DNA of 30,429 nt. Source: Bacilli bacterium (GTDB lineage: Bacteria > Bacillota_I > Bacilli_A > RFN20 > CAG-826). The notes under the pieces are model-generated. The model worked only from the letters and a program-made list of their open reading frames with translations, was not told where the DNA came from and ran no database searches. Where the stretch lies: contig JAFZUD010000020.1 of assembly GCA_017618495.1 (NCBI GenBank), forward strand, positions 1 through 30,429. The letters run 5' to 3'. The translations under genes were made by a program, and so were the position numbers. Positions 16,342 to 25,322 of the stretch are shown here, one piece after another; positions within the stretch are counted from its first letter, which is position 1; every line of letters starts with the position of its first letter.

Positions 16342-16370
16342 ATCTTACTAGCCTTGTAATCGTTGTTCAA
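16342..16370 (-). promoter_or_regulatory. Sigma-A promoter TTGAAC-N17-TAAGAT for the four-TM protein
   Basis: -35 at 16365-16370 and -10 at 16342-16347 on the minus strand, with exactly 17-nt spacing. Confidence 0.6.
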
Positions 16371-16391
16371 GGCTTCGTAATTGTTAAACAA

Positions 16392-17900
16392 TTATTTCAG
16401 GCCGTTTCTAATCTCTTTGAGCTTGGTTTGAAGCTCTTTTAATCCGAGGTTAAGCTCATTGGCTTCACCTGGTTTAAGATGACGAACCCTTTCGATCTGG
16501 GCCTCGATGGCTTTGGCCGCCAAGACCTTCGAATAGTTAGGGTTGTTGATGTTGGCATTAAGAATCTGATCCTGCCTTTGGGTCTCGGCAAAGCCGGAAC
16601 TGTGGCTGGCTGGTTTCTTTGGCGCCTCTTTCTTAGGGGCTGGCTTCTTAGCTGGCGCCGGCTTTTTGGTTTCGGCCGGTTTCGCTTTAGGAGCAGCCTT
16701 AGGGGCTGGCTTTTGTTTTGGCTCCGCTTTTGGTTTTGGAACCGCGACAGGTTTTGGTTTCAAAGAAGCGTAGAAGTCATTGTTCTTCTTTTCGAAGACA
16801 ATGGTCGCTCCCTTGATCTTGTATTCCTTGAGCATGTCGTGCTTAAGCTCGGACACATCTTTGTCGACCGCTTTAAGGTCTTTGGTGGTGACATCGTATT
16901 CACCATGGACCATGGCGACATATGCAACGTCCGGGTCTCTGAAGATCCAACCGTTATACTGGCCGAGCTTCTGAAGCGCGAAGCTTGGGGTCCTTCCGAT
17001 TCCGTAGAAGATCTTCGGGGTTTCGGCCTTTGGTTTTTCGGGCGCCTTTGGAGCAGGAGCGGCTGGCTTGGCTTTTGGAGCCGGGGCTAAGCGCTTCTTC
17101 TCCTCAAGAAGCTTCTCTTCTGGGTAACGGAGTTTGAGATTTGCTTTCTCGGCAGGCTTCATGGCCTTGAGAAGAGCAAGCTGTTTGTCGATATCCTCAA
17201 TCTTCCTTGGGGTTGGGTAATTAGGATTGCTGAGGTTCGCAGAAAGTGTGGAATCTGCTAAAACCACAGGGGATTTGTCAGTGATTTTTGGTTTTTCAGG
17301 GGCTTTTTGCTGGGCTTCCTGTTTGGTTTTGATTGGGGTTTTGTTGTTCGAAATTGGTCGAACGTTGTTTCTTGCTGGGGCGCGTTCTTGCGGCTTCTCG
17401 CCGTAGTTCACCTCTAAATCACCGTTTCTACTGATGCGGTAGACGTTGATGATTCTTCCCTTCTGGGATTCGAGGCTATTGAGACCACGGATGTCGTTTG
17501 TAAGTTTCTTGTCTTGGGTGATGATGAGAATCTTCTCGGCGATTCTCAGATCGGTGACCTTGGCAAAGATTGCTCTATCCGCAAAACCGTCTTTGTGGGT
17601 TGGTTTTGTGATCTCAATGGTTTTGCCATGGCGTTTATTGTCTTGCAGGATTTTCATGGCGAGTTTCGCTTCTACTAACTTATCGCCTTCCTTGCTCTTC
17701 GAATGCTTTTTGAGTTCTTCCATGCATTCGCCAAGAACAATAACTTTCAAACCGTCTTTCCAATATTCACGGGATTTGACTAAGCAATCCATGAACAAAG
17801 GGAACGAGTCTTCCATCAAGGAACAAGTATCCATGAACACTTTGTCGAAATTATTCAAAAATTTCGCAAGGTTCGAGGACTTGATTTCCTCGCTGTACAT
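16392..17900 (-). CDS. PIN-domain protein with Pro/Ala/Lys-rich linkers and a duplicated ~60-aa module
   Basis: N-terminal ~165 aa carry the PIN acidic quartet: FMDTCSL, MEELKKH, FADRAI and ITQDKKL. AAGGAGGT RBS. Confidence 0.72.
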   Translation of the reverse strand: MYSEEIKSSNLAKFLNNFDKVFMDTCSLMEDSFPLFMDCLVKSREYWKDGLKVIVLGECMEELKKHSKSKEGDKLVEAKLAMKILQDNKRHGKTIEITKPTHKDGFADRAIFAKVTDLRIAEKILIITQDKKLTNDIRGLNSLESQKGRIINVYRISRNGDLEVNYGEKPQERAPARNNVRPISNNKTPIKTKQEAQQKAPEKPKITDKSPVVLADSTLSANLSNPNYPTPRKIEDIDKQLALLKAMKPAEKANLKLRYPEEKLLEEKKRLAPAPKAKPAAPAPKAPEKPKAETPKIFYGIGRTPSFALQKLGQYNGWIFRDPDVAYVAMVHGEYDVTTKDLKAVDKDVSELKHDMLKEYKIKGATIVFEKKNNDFYASLKPKPVAVPKPKAEPKQKPAPKAAPKAKPAETKKPAPAKKPAPKKEAPKKPASHSSGFAETQRQDQILNANINNPNYSKVLAAKAIEAQIERVRHLKPGEANELNLGLKELQTKLKEIRNGLK

Positions 17901-17962
17901 TAAAAGTACCTCCTTATGAGTTAATTCTACTATATTTAGAACCTATTGGTTCCTAGAGTTTT

Positions 17963-18913
17963 CTAAGCGATGAAAAGGGCGGCTGCGCCGACAACGCCGG
18001 CATCGCTGCCTAGAGCGGAGACGAGAACCTTAACTTCTGGGGTTCTCTTAAAGCCATAGTCTTTGGCCGCGAGTTTCTTCTCAACGGCATCAGTCAAGTA
18101 TTTGCGCTGATTGGAAAGACCGCCGCTGAGGATGACGGCCTCTGGGCGGAAGATATTGCAGAAGTTGATGATTCCCAAGGTGAGATATTCCTCATAATCA
18201 TCAACGACTTTCAAAGCGGTCTTGTCGCCTTTCTTGGCACATTCGAATGAGGTGCGGCCATCAACTTTCTTGATGTCGCCTTTGACGAAGTCCCACATCT
18301 TGGAATCTTTGTCTTTCTTCATGGCTTTTTTGGTGTCGTTGATGAGAGCAGTAACTGAAGCATATGCTTCAAGGCATCCTTTGAGTCCGCAGGTACACTG
18401 ACGTCCGCCTCTTTCAATGACCATGTGGCCGAGCTCGGTTCCTTTGCCTTCGTTGCCTTCATAGAGTTTTCCATCAAGGAAAAGCCCACCGCCGACACCG
18501 GTTCCAAGGGTAAGAAGAACAAGGTTGTTATATTGTTTGCCAACACCGAACTTGGCTTCGCCAAGCATGGCGGCATTAGCGTCGTTGGTCACTTTTGTCG
18601 GAAGCCCCGTGGCCTGACGGATCATCTCAGCGACTGGAGCATTGTTCCAACCAAGGTTTCCGGAGAAGCAGCAAACACCGCTTCTGCTGTTGATCGAGCC
18701 TGGGCAACCTATGCCGATTCCACCGACTTCAAAGCCTTCGGCTTCCACGGCTTTCACGTTTGTGCTGATCAAATCACCAAGCTGGGTGAGAGTGGCCTCT
18801 TGCTTGGCTCCTTTGATGAATTTCATCGTAAAACGATGGCTGATTGTGCCTTCTTCATTAACGAACGCGCACTTTATGGACGTTCCACCAATATCAATTC
18901 CTAAATATAGCAT
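17963..18913 (-). CDS. ROK-family sugar kinase (glucokinase-like)
   Basis: LGIDIGGT, NDANAAMLGE, TLGTGVGGG, ELGHM and the Zn motif CTCGLKGCLEAYAS. Confidence 0.93.
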   Translation of the reverse strand: MLYLGIDIGGTSIKCAFVNEEGTISHRFTMKFIKGAKQEATLTQLGDLISTNVKAVEAEGFEVGGIGIGCPGSINSRSGVCCFSGNLGWNNAPVAEMIRQATGLPTKVTNDANAAMLGEAKFGVGKQYNNLVLLTLGTGVGGGLFLDGKLYEGNEGKGTELGHMVIERGGRQCTCGLKGCLEAYASVTALINDTKKAMKKDKDSKMWDFVKGDIKKVDGRTSFECAKKGDKTALKVVDDYEEYLTLGIINFCNIFRPEAVILSGGLSNQRKYLTDAVEKKLAAKDYGFKRTPEVKVLVSALGSDAGVVGAAALFIA

Positions 18914-18959
18914 GGTAGATATTCTCTCTCATTTGCCCAAAAGAATAAAGAAGCTTGCT

Positions 18960-19475
18960 CTACATCTCCTCGATGGTGTCTTCCAGAGACTTTCTATCGG
19001 TATGCCTTGGTGAAGGCTGTGACTCTGCGGTTGGATAGCCAATCGCAAGCATCATTGCAGGTTTGATGTTTTCAGGAAGTTCGAAGGCTTCTGCAACGAG
19101 CTTCGAGTTGAAACCTCTAATCCAAAGGCTATGAATTCCGAGGTCTTCCGCTTCATACATCATTGAGGTCAAAACGGAACTGGCGTCTTGTTCTCCTGAG
19201 TTATAGCCTTCTTCGCGAGCGTTCTTCCAAACGACATTAGTGTCGTAACAGATCAAAAGAACGATTGGGGCGTTATATGTATGGGTAAGTTTTGCCGCTT
19301 TCCAAAGAGCGTCTTCGCTTTTGATGACGTAAATCTTTTGCGGCTGGAAGTTACAAGCGGTTGGGGCAACCCTTCCCGCTTCAAGGATTTTCGAGAGCTT
19401 TTCTTCCTCAATTGGACGAGACTTATCAAAGCTTCTTTCCGAATACCTTTTCTTCGCTAATTCCAAGAATTCCAT
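18960..19475 (-). CDS. Nitroreductase-family FMN oxidoreductase
   Basis: RYSERSF, APTACNFQP, LGIHSLWI and LAIGYP. AGGAGG RBS 7 nt before ATG 19475. Confidence 0.9.
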   Translation of the reverse strand: MEFLELAKKRYSERSFDKSRPIEEEKLSKILEAGRVAPTACNFQPQKIYVIKSEDALWKAAKLTHTYNAPIVLLICYDTNVVWKNAREEGYNSGEQDASSVLTSMMYEAEDLGIHSLWIRGFNSKLVAEAFELPENIKPAMMLAIGYPTAESQPSPRHTDRKSLEDTIEEM

Positions 19476-19641
19476 AATCAACCCTCCTTCTGGTTAACTG
19501 GATATCTTTTTATTTATAAAAGCTTCCGAAAATATAATGTCATTAATGTTCCTTTAGTACAATCCGAATTGCTCCTTTGGCCGATTCATCTAACGAAATT
19601 TTATGTTGGAGTGAGGTGGTTGCTGTTATATACTTTGCCAC

Positions 19642-20400
19642 GTGAAAAACGAAAGCCAGAAAAAATCGAATATCGGATTCATCATCGCTCTTCTTTTGAC
19701 GTGCGCTGGCGGGTTCCTTGAGGCTTATTCCCTCTACTACCGTGGTTTTTGGGGAATGATGATGACGGGCAACCTTGTTTATGGCGTTGTCAGCATCATT
19801 GAGGGAGAGCCAGTCAAACTTCTCACTTATATACCGGCGATCGTTCTTTTTGCGGTCGGCGTTTTCCTTGCCAGGCTTATCGAAGATAAGATTGCCAAAG
19901 AAGACGAAAGGAAATACCACATCATCGAACTTTCAGTGATCGTTGGTCTTCTTGTTGTTGTCATGGCCATACCAACCGTTGTTGACCCAACAGCTAATCC
20001 TCCGTCCCCGGACAAATTCGCCTGGCCAAACATAATCTCAAATTGCCTTATCGCTATAATCGGAGGCTTCTTAACCAAAAGCTTTGCTTCCTTTGATGAA
20101 CAGCCATACACGGCGACTATGATGACTGCGAACATGGGCCGTTTAGCTATATCGACTTATGGTGCGATATTCGGGGAAGACAAAAAGAAAGGGCGCATGT
20201 CTGCTTTTAAATACGCCGCAATCATTCTTTTGTTCGCTATTTCCGCTGCCGGTTGTTTTGCTTTCTATTATTTTGTTTATCCAAGCCTAAGCGGAGACGT
20301 CGTAATCTCCTACTTCCCTAACCTTACTTTGCTTTTGCCTTTGGCAACAATCGTGACTTCGTTGGTCCTTTTTGTCACAAGCAAAGCCGAAAAAGCTTAA
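19642..20400 (+). CDS. YoaK/DUF1275-family membrane protein
   Basis: GGFLEAYS...MMTGNL and TATMMTANM repeats match the DUF1275 pattern; multi-TM. GTG start preceded by TATACT (19629-19634) at 7 nt. Confidence 0.8.
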   Translation: MKNESQKKSNIGFIIALLLTCAGGFLEAYSLYYRGFWGMMMTGNLVYGVVSIIEGEPVKLLTYIPAIVLFAVGVFLARLIEDKIAKEDERKYHIIELSVIVGLLVVVMAIPTVVDPTANPPSPDKFAWPNIISNCLIAIIGGFLTKSFASFDEQPYTATMMTANMGRLAISTYGAIFGEDKKKGRMSAFKYAAIILLFAISAAGCFAFYYFVYPSLSGDVVISYFPNLTLLLPLATIVTSLVLFVTSKAEKA

Positions 20401-21755
20401 TCTTTGGTTAATAACACAACCGTCTCAACGTGATAGCTTCTTCCAAACTCATCAACAGGTTGGACTTTTTTGACTTTGTATTTTGACTTAAGAATCTTAA
20501 GGTCTCTGGCAAGAGTCAAAGGGTTGCAGGAAACATATACGATCTTCTTTGGCTCTAAGGCTAAAGCCGCGTTTAAGAATTTCGGAGTGGACCCTTTCCT
20601 TGGCGGGTCCATGAATAGCACATCAAGGTGTTCTTTTCGCCTCGCCATTCTAAGAATGAAGGCTGTCGCGTCGTCCAGATTGGCTTCGAAATTTGTAATG
20701 TGATTCGCGTAGGCATTCTTAGCCGCGTCTTTGACCGCTTCTTCGACAAGCTCAACGGAGATAACCTTCTTCGCTCTCTTTGAAGCAATAAGGCCAATCG
20801 TGCCAATTCCTGAATAAGCATCCAAAACCACGTCTTCTTTGCTTATTTCCGCAAAATCCATAGCGGTTTTGTATAGGATTTCCGTCATAACAGGGTTCGT
20901 TTGATAGAAACTTTCGGCCGAGATTTTGAATTTGACTCCGCACAAGGAATCTTCAATGAAGCCAGGCCCATACAAGGTTATGAAACGTCTTCCTAAGATC
21001 ACGTTGGTTCTCTGGCCATTGATGTTCTGAATGAGGGTGGTTACTTCTGGAATCTCTTTTTGAATGAGGGAGATGAGTATTGGCTTCCTTTGAACAAAGG
21101 CTTCCTTGGTCACCAAAACAAGCATGATCTCCTTCTTGTAATAAGAGGTCCTAATCATTGCATAACGGATTGATCCGGTTTCGCTTATTTCATCGTAAGG
21201 CTCTATGCCTAGACGATTGAAAATGTCGTTAAGTCTCTCAAGGATTCTTTGGGCTCTAGAGTCTTCAATAAAACACTCTTTCCTTGGGACGATCGCGTGG
21301 GTTCCTTCCTTATAAAAACCATAAATGGTTTTTCCTTTATCATCTTTACCAAAAGGAACCTGGATCTTGTTTCGGTAGTTGATAGGGTTTTCCATGCCTA
21401 AGGTAGGCAAAACCTCTACATCGATTTCGGCATATCTCTTTAACTGGTCTTCAACCTTTTTGCGCTTATATTCAAGCTCGGCCTTATAGGCGTATTTTTG
21501 GAAAACGCATCCGCCACAGGCAGAAGAAACCTTGCATTGAGGCTCAATGCGATCAGGCGACAAAACGGAAAGTTTCTTTACCCTTCCAAAGTATTGGCCG
21601 TTACGTTTGTATTCAATCTCCACTTCCCCTTCATCGCCTGGGAACATAGCGGGAACGAAAACAACAAGGCCGTCTAACTTGCAGACTCCTTTGCCTTCAA
21701 TGCTTAAATCGATGCATTTCAGGTTATAGGTTTTGTGAAGAATGGTTTCGGTCAT
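20397..21755 (-). CDS. rlmD: 23S rRNA (uracil-C5)-methyltransferase RlmD/RumA
   Basis: TRAM domain, Fe-S motif CKVSSACGGC, SFYQTN, LDAYSGIGTIG, MDPPRKG, YVSCNP and HVETV. Confidence 0.92.
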   Translation of the reverse strand: MTETILHKTYNLKCIDLSIEGKGVCKLDGLVVFVPAMFPGDEGEVEIEYKRNGQYFGRVKKLSVLSPDRIEPQCKVSSACGGCVFQKYAYKAELEYKRKKVEDQLKRYAEIDVEVLPTLGMENPINYRNKIQVPFGKDDKGKTIYGFYKEGTHAIVPRKECFIEDSRAQRILERLNDIFNRLGIEPYDEISETGSIRYAMIRTSYYKKEIMLVLVTKEAFVQRKPILISLIQKEIPEVTTLIQNINGQRTNVILGRRFITLYGPGFIEDSLCGVKFKISAESFYQTNPVMTEILYKTAMDFAEISKEDVVLDAYSGIGTIGLIASKRAKKVISVELVEEAVKDAAKNAYANHITNFEANLDDATAFILRMARRKEHLDVLFMDPPRKGSTPKFLNAALALEPKKIVYVSCNPLTLARDLKILKSKYKVKKVQPVDEFGRSYHVETVVLLTKD

Positions 21756-21813
21756 CTAATATATCGTTTTTGCAGGACAAATATCAAAATATCCCCCACA
21801 AAAATCAGCTAAA

Positions 21814-23421
21814 TTAGGCAGCGGCTTTCTCTTTTGGAGCAGCCATCAAGTCTTTGATGAACTGGACTTCGGCTTCAACGTCAAGACGCGGGAAGAGCTG
21901 ATCGCCCTTAACGACCTTCTGTCCACCGAGAGAGCCAATCTTTGTGGCGGTCTCGTAGTTTCTCATAGAAGGATCGACACCAAGTTGGTCGAAGATCTTC
22001 TCGGATTTGGTAACGAGGATTGGGCTAAGGAGTTCGCCAGCAAGGAAGATGACGTTGGCGAGATGAGACATGCAGCTGGCAAGCTCTTCTGCTTTAGCAG
22101 GATCTTTCGCAAGGGCCCATGGTGCGGACTCTTCAATGTATTTGTTAGCGGCACTGACAAGATCCATGACGGTAGCGTAAGATTCGGTGACTTTAAGGTC
22201 ATCGCTAAGGACTTCGTAGGCCTTGATGGTTTTCTCAGCGGTTTCTCTGAGGTTTTTGTCGAGGTCGTTAAGCTCGCCTTTGTAGGCTGGGATAACACCG
22301 TCGAAGTATTTGTTGATCATGGAAACGCTACGGTTGAGAAGGTTTCCAAGGCTGTTAGCGAGGTCAGCATTAAGTCTTTCGACGAATTGCTCTGGGGTGA
22401 ATTGTCCATCCTGGCCGAAGACGATTTCTCTGGCGAGGTAATAACGGACGGCATCAACGCCGAAACGCTCAACAAGAGGTGGAACAGGGATAACATTGCC
22501 CTTGCTCTTACTCATCTTGCCGTCTTTCATCATCATGAGGCCGTGGACAAAGACTCTGTTTGGCTCACGGAGATTGAGAGCCTTTAAGAACATTGGCCAA
22601 TAGATGGTGTGGAATCTGGTGATGTCCGCGCCGATGACGTGAACGATCTCGGATTCTGGGTCGTTCCAGAACTTCTGGAACTTGGAATCGTCTTCCTGAA
22701 GATATCCAAGGGCGGAAATGTAGTTTGTGAGGGCATCGAGCCAGACGTAGATAACGTGGCCTTCCGCTTCTTTCACTGGAATGCCCCAATCGAAGGTGGT
22801 TCTGGTGATGCAAAGATCGTTGAGGCCAGGTTTGATGAAGTTATTGACCATTTCGGCTTTGCGGCCTTCTGGTGTAATGAACGTTGGGTTTTCGTCGTAG
22901 AGTTTAAGAAGCTCGTCGACGTATTTGCCACACCTGAAGAAATAGGCAGGTTCCTCTTTCTCCACTACTGGACGGCCACATTCTGGGCAGATATGTTCTG
23001 GGCCAACCTGGGTTTCGGTCCAATATGATTCTTCGTGGACGCAATACCAGCCTTTATAGGCGCCAAGGTAAGCGTCGTCGTTTTTAATGAACGAAGAGAA
23101 GATCTTCTTAACGGTTTCATAGTGGCGTGGCTGGGTGGTACGAATGAAGTCGTCATTAGAAATGCCCATGGTGTTCCAAAGGCTAGTGAATTTGACGGCA
23201 ACTTCATCGACGAAAGCCTGAGGGGTAACACCCTTGGCTTCGGCGTTTTCCTGAATCTTTTCGCCGTGCTCGTCTAAACCAGTGAGGAAATAGGTCTCAA
23301 AACCCCTCATTCGTTTTCCGCGGGCGATGATGTCGCAGAGCGTGGTGCAGTAAGCGTGTCCAAGATGTGGAGATGCGCTTGGATAGTAGATAGGAGTTGT
23401 GATGTAGAACTTTTTACTCAT
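21814..23421 (-). CDS. metG: Methionyl-tRNA synthetase, short form without the C-terminal tRNA-binding domain
   Basis: FYITTPIYYP, HLGH, TGLDEHG, YVWLDAL and KMSKS. 535 aa. GAGGAGG RBS. Confidence 0.97.
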   Translation of the reverse strand: MSKKFYITTPIYYPSASPHLGHAYCTTLCDIIARGKRMRGFETYFLTGLDEHGEKIQENAEAKGVTPQAFVDEVAVKFTSLWNTMGISNDDFIRTTQPRHYETVKKIFSSFIKNDDAYLGAYKGWYCVHEESYWTETQVGPEHICPECGRPVVEKEEPAYFFRCGKYVDELLKLYDENPTFITPEGRKAEMVNNFIKPGLNDLCITRTTFDWGIPVKEAEGHVIYVWLDALTNYISALGYLQEDDSKFQKFWNDPESEIVHVIGADITRFHTIYWPMFLKALNLREPNRVFVHGLMMMKDGKMSKSKGNVIPVPPLVERFGVDAVRYYLAREIVFGQDGQFTPEQFVERLNADLANSLGNLLNRSVSMINKYFDGVIPAYKGELNDLDKNLRETAEKTIKAYEVLSDDLKVTESYATVMDLVSAANKYIEESAPWALAKDPAKAEELASCMSHLANVIFLAGELLSPILVTKSEKIFDQLGVDPSMRNYETATKIGSLGGQKVVKGDQLFPRLDVEAEVQFIKDLMAAPKEKAAA

Positions 23422-23529
23422 GGCTAATGGAACCTCCTCGCATTTAAAAATGCGATCTTTGTAATCATAGCATAGTTTTGTTTGATTAAAACAAAAGGGC
23501 GTCCTTTTAAGGTGAAGAAGGCAACAAAA

Positions 23530-23550
23530 AAGACCTCCGACGGAGGTCTT
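23530..23550 (-). terminator. Intrinsic terminator after rpmE
   Basis: AAGACCTCC/GGAGGTCTT perfect stem followed by a T-tract on the minus strand. Confidence 0.85.
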
Positions 23551-23568
23551 AATTTTGCTTTTGTTAGC

Positions 23569-23790
23569 TTATTTCTTGGAAGCTTCAGCCTTGGCAAGTT
23601 TCTTGTTGAACTTGTCGATACGGCCGTCGACAGCAGCGCTTCTTTGTTTGCCGGTGTAGAATGGGTGGCAATTTGCGCAGGTTTCAACCTTAAGCTCGGT
23701 TCCGAGGGTTGAACCAGTGGTGAAGGTGGTTCCGCAGCTGATGCAGGTGACCTTGCACTCATGGTACTTTGGGTGGATGTCTTTCTTCAT
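23569..23790 (-). CDS. rpmE: 50S ribosomal protein L31, zinc-binding type
   Basis: MKKDIHPKY, CISCG, CANCHPFYTG and GRIDKFNKK. Confidence 0.97.
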   Translation of the reverse strand: MKKDIHPKYHECKVTCISCGTTFTTGSTLGTELKVETCANCHPFYTGKQRSAAVDGRIDKFNKKLAKAEASKK

Positions 23791-23844
23791 TTCATTACTC
23801 CTTTCGCCTTGGCACTTACTTTTGCCAAAGAGAGTTCGCGTCTA

Positions 23845-23873
23845 ATCATACGCGAGGGAACTTGCTTTCGCAA
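23845..23873 (-). promoter_or_regulatory. Sigma-A promoter TTGCGA-N17-TATGAT for rpmE
   Basis: -35 at 23868-23873 and -10 at 23845-23850 on the minus strand. Confidence 0.75.
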
Positions 23874-23912
23874 GTAAAAAGTAAGGCTAATTGTAAAGAT
23901 AGATTTTGAGGC

Positions 23913-24398
23913 CTATTCTTCCTTTGTGAGGGTAACCCCATTACTTTCGATGGGCTCTGGTTTGTTGGCGGCGATTCTCTGCTTGATGAACATAGCGATG
24001 CCGGTCGCCATTTCTGAGACAGCAAGGATAATCGATGGCGCGGTTCCTGCTACTGCGTACCAAACATTCAACTCCTTGTTTTCAACGCTAGCAGCGATCG
24101 CTTTTCCTAAAACGATGCCCGAGACGAAGAGTACGGCGGCGAACATAACCACCAATAACCAAGGGTAGATGTTCTCCTCTACTTCTTTTGGTTTTCCGAT
24201 GACGAGGAGCTGGAATAAAAGCATCACTCCAAGCGAAAGAACCACATACATAAATGGCAAGAAAGACTTTTCGTAGGCGTAGAACTCGTCGATATAAGGG
24301 GCTAAAGCAACGGTAACTGAGTTCAATAAGAACAGAGTAGCCGCAGCCACAAAGACAGCATAACTAGCAATTCTCTTAATAATCTTCAAAGCTTCCAT
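23913..24398 (-). CDS. Hypothetical four-TM membrane protein
   Basis: 161 aa with four hydrophobic segments. Starts 2 nt after the MBL stop, consistent with translational coupling. Confidence 0.7.
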   Translation of the reverse strand: MEALKIIKRIASYAVFVAAATLFLLNSVTVALAPYIDEFYAYEKSFLPFMYVVLSLGVMLLFQLLVIGKPKEVEENIYPWLLVVMFAAVLFVSGIVLGKAIAASVENKELNVWYAVAGTAPSIILAVSEMATGIAMFIKQRIAANKPEPIESNGVTLTKEE

Positions 24399-24400
24399 AA

Positions 24401-25000
24401 TTAATCCTTCACGAGTTCGATCTCGTCATTTGGTTTCATAAGCATCGCCATTGGCGCAGTAACAATCATAGCTTGACGGTAGTCCCAAGTCATCCCTGGT
24501 TTCATATGCATTGGGATCATATGTTTTGGGTTGATGGCGATGGCTGCTTTTGTGGCTTCTTGCGGGGTCATGGTATAGGTGCCGTCGATAGGCAAAAGAG
24601 CGTAGTCGATGTTCTCGTTTTTGAGGTCTTCCATCTCGGGGATAAAATCGGTGTCCCCAGCATGGTAGATTTTCACTCCATCAACCTCGATGACGTAACC
24701 AACGCATTCAGCCTTATTGTGATGCGAGTTGTAAGCAGGAACGGCTTTGATTTTTAAACCTTTGGATTCGAAGGAATGATAGACGCCATTGGTAAGCGCG
24801 TCCTTAGCTCTGATAACATATCCGCCAGGGTTAAAAGTGATGAGGCTTGTTTCATTGTGGTCGTAGTGTTCGTGGGTGATTAAAACAAGGTCAGCAGGAG
24901 TCTTGTAACCGAGTCCAGAAAAAGGGTCAATGAAAACGACTTTTCCTTCGTTTGTTGTGAGACGGAAAGAAGCGTGTCCCTGATAAAAAAGCTTTGCCAT
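24401..25000 (-). CDS. Metallo-beta-lactamase-fold hydrolase (UPF0173/UlaG-like)
   Basis: GHASF, THEHYDH (HxHxDH), NSHH, YHAGDT, LLPIDG and IPMH. GGAGG RBS. Confidence 0.9.
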   Translation of the reverse strand: MAKLFYQGHASFRLTTNEGKVVFIDPFSGLGYKTPADLVLITHEHYDHNETSLITFNPGGYVIRAKDALTNGVYHSFESKGLKIKAVPAYNSHHNKAECVGYVIEVDGVKIYHAGDTDFIPEMEDLKNENIDYALLPIDGTYTMTPQEATKAAIAINPKHMIPMHMKPGMTWDYRQAMIVTAPMAMLMKPNDEIELVKD

Positions 25001-25047
25001 AGATCATCCTCCGGAAAATTTGTGGCGGGCAAATTGCCTTCCAATAG

Positions 25048-25076
25048 ATTTTACGATTTCGCTCAACGAGAAACAA
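25048..25076 (-). promoter_or_regulatory. Putative sigma-A promoter TTGTTT-N17-TAAAAT for the MBL operon
   Basis: Exact 17-nt spacing on the minus strand. Confidence 0.5.
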
Positions 25077-25119
25077 TATAACTAATAAGATTAGTAAGCA
25101 TCATAACAAAAAGGGCGTT

Positions 25120-25321
25120 TGTTATATTTTTACCTATTTTGTCGGTAATGTTTTAAACCACTGTTTTACGCATGATTTTGATGTCAAAAACATCTCATTA
25201 CTCAGTCTCAAATGGTTATTTCGCATTTCAGCGGCGCCAGAAACCGTTCCGATCGCGCATTTGGGACAAGTTAGAAAAGTGCTGTGTTATGTTTTTACCT
25301 ATTTTATTGGTTGTGTTATAA
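25120..25321 (+). repeat. Imperfect 37-bp direct repeat (25120-25156 and 25285-25321)
   Basis: TGTTATATTTTTACCTATTTTGTCGGTAATGTTTTAA vs TGTTATGTTTTTACCTATTTTATTGGTTGTGTTATAA: 31/37 identical, copies 165 bp apart. Confidence 0.85.
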
Positions 25322-25322
25322 T
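25314..25322 (+). promoter_or_regulatory. Extended -10 promoter (TGtTATAAT) 6 nt before ATG 25329; leaderless transcript likely
   Basis: TGTTATAAT-tcggct-ATG, with no SD sequence. Confidence 0.75.

Noticed and set aside
16479-17090. 203-aa plus-strand ORF rich in W/L/F/R
   Set aside because: Antisense shadow of the PAK-rich linker of the PIN gene.
16590-17110. Short repeated DNA units (GGCT/TTTGG-like) in the PIN gene
   Set aside because: They encode Pro-Ala-Lys low-complexity linkers. There is no constant repeat-spacer periodicity, so this is not CRISPR or a VNTR.
21985-23277. Chain of antisense ORFs opposite metG (similar ones lie opposite aguB and the GH3 gene)
   Set aside because: Typical antisense open frames of strongly codon-biased genes; no independent signals.
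23422-23520. T-box or SAM riboswitch upstream of metG
   Set aside because: A TGcTATGAT promoter lies about 45 nt from the ATG, leaving no room, and no T-box consensus is present. Only a small CGCATT/AATGCG hairpin is seen.
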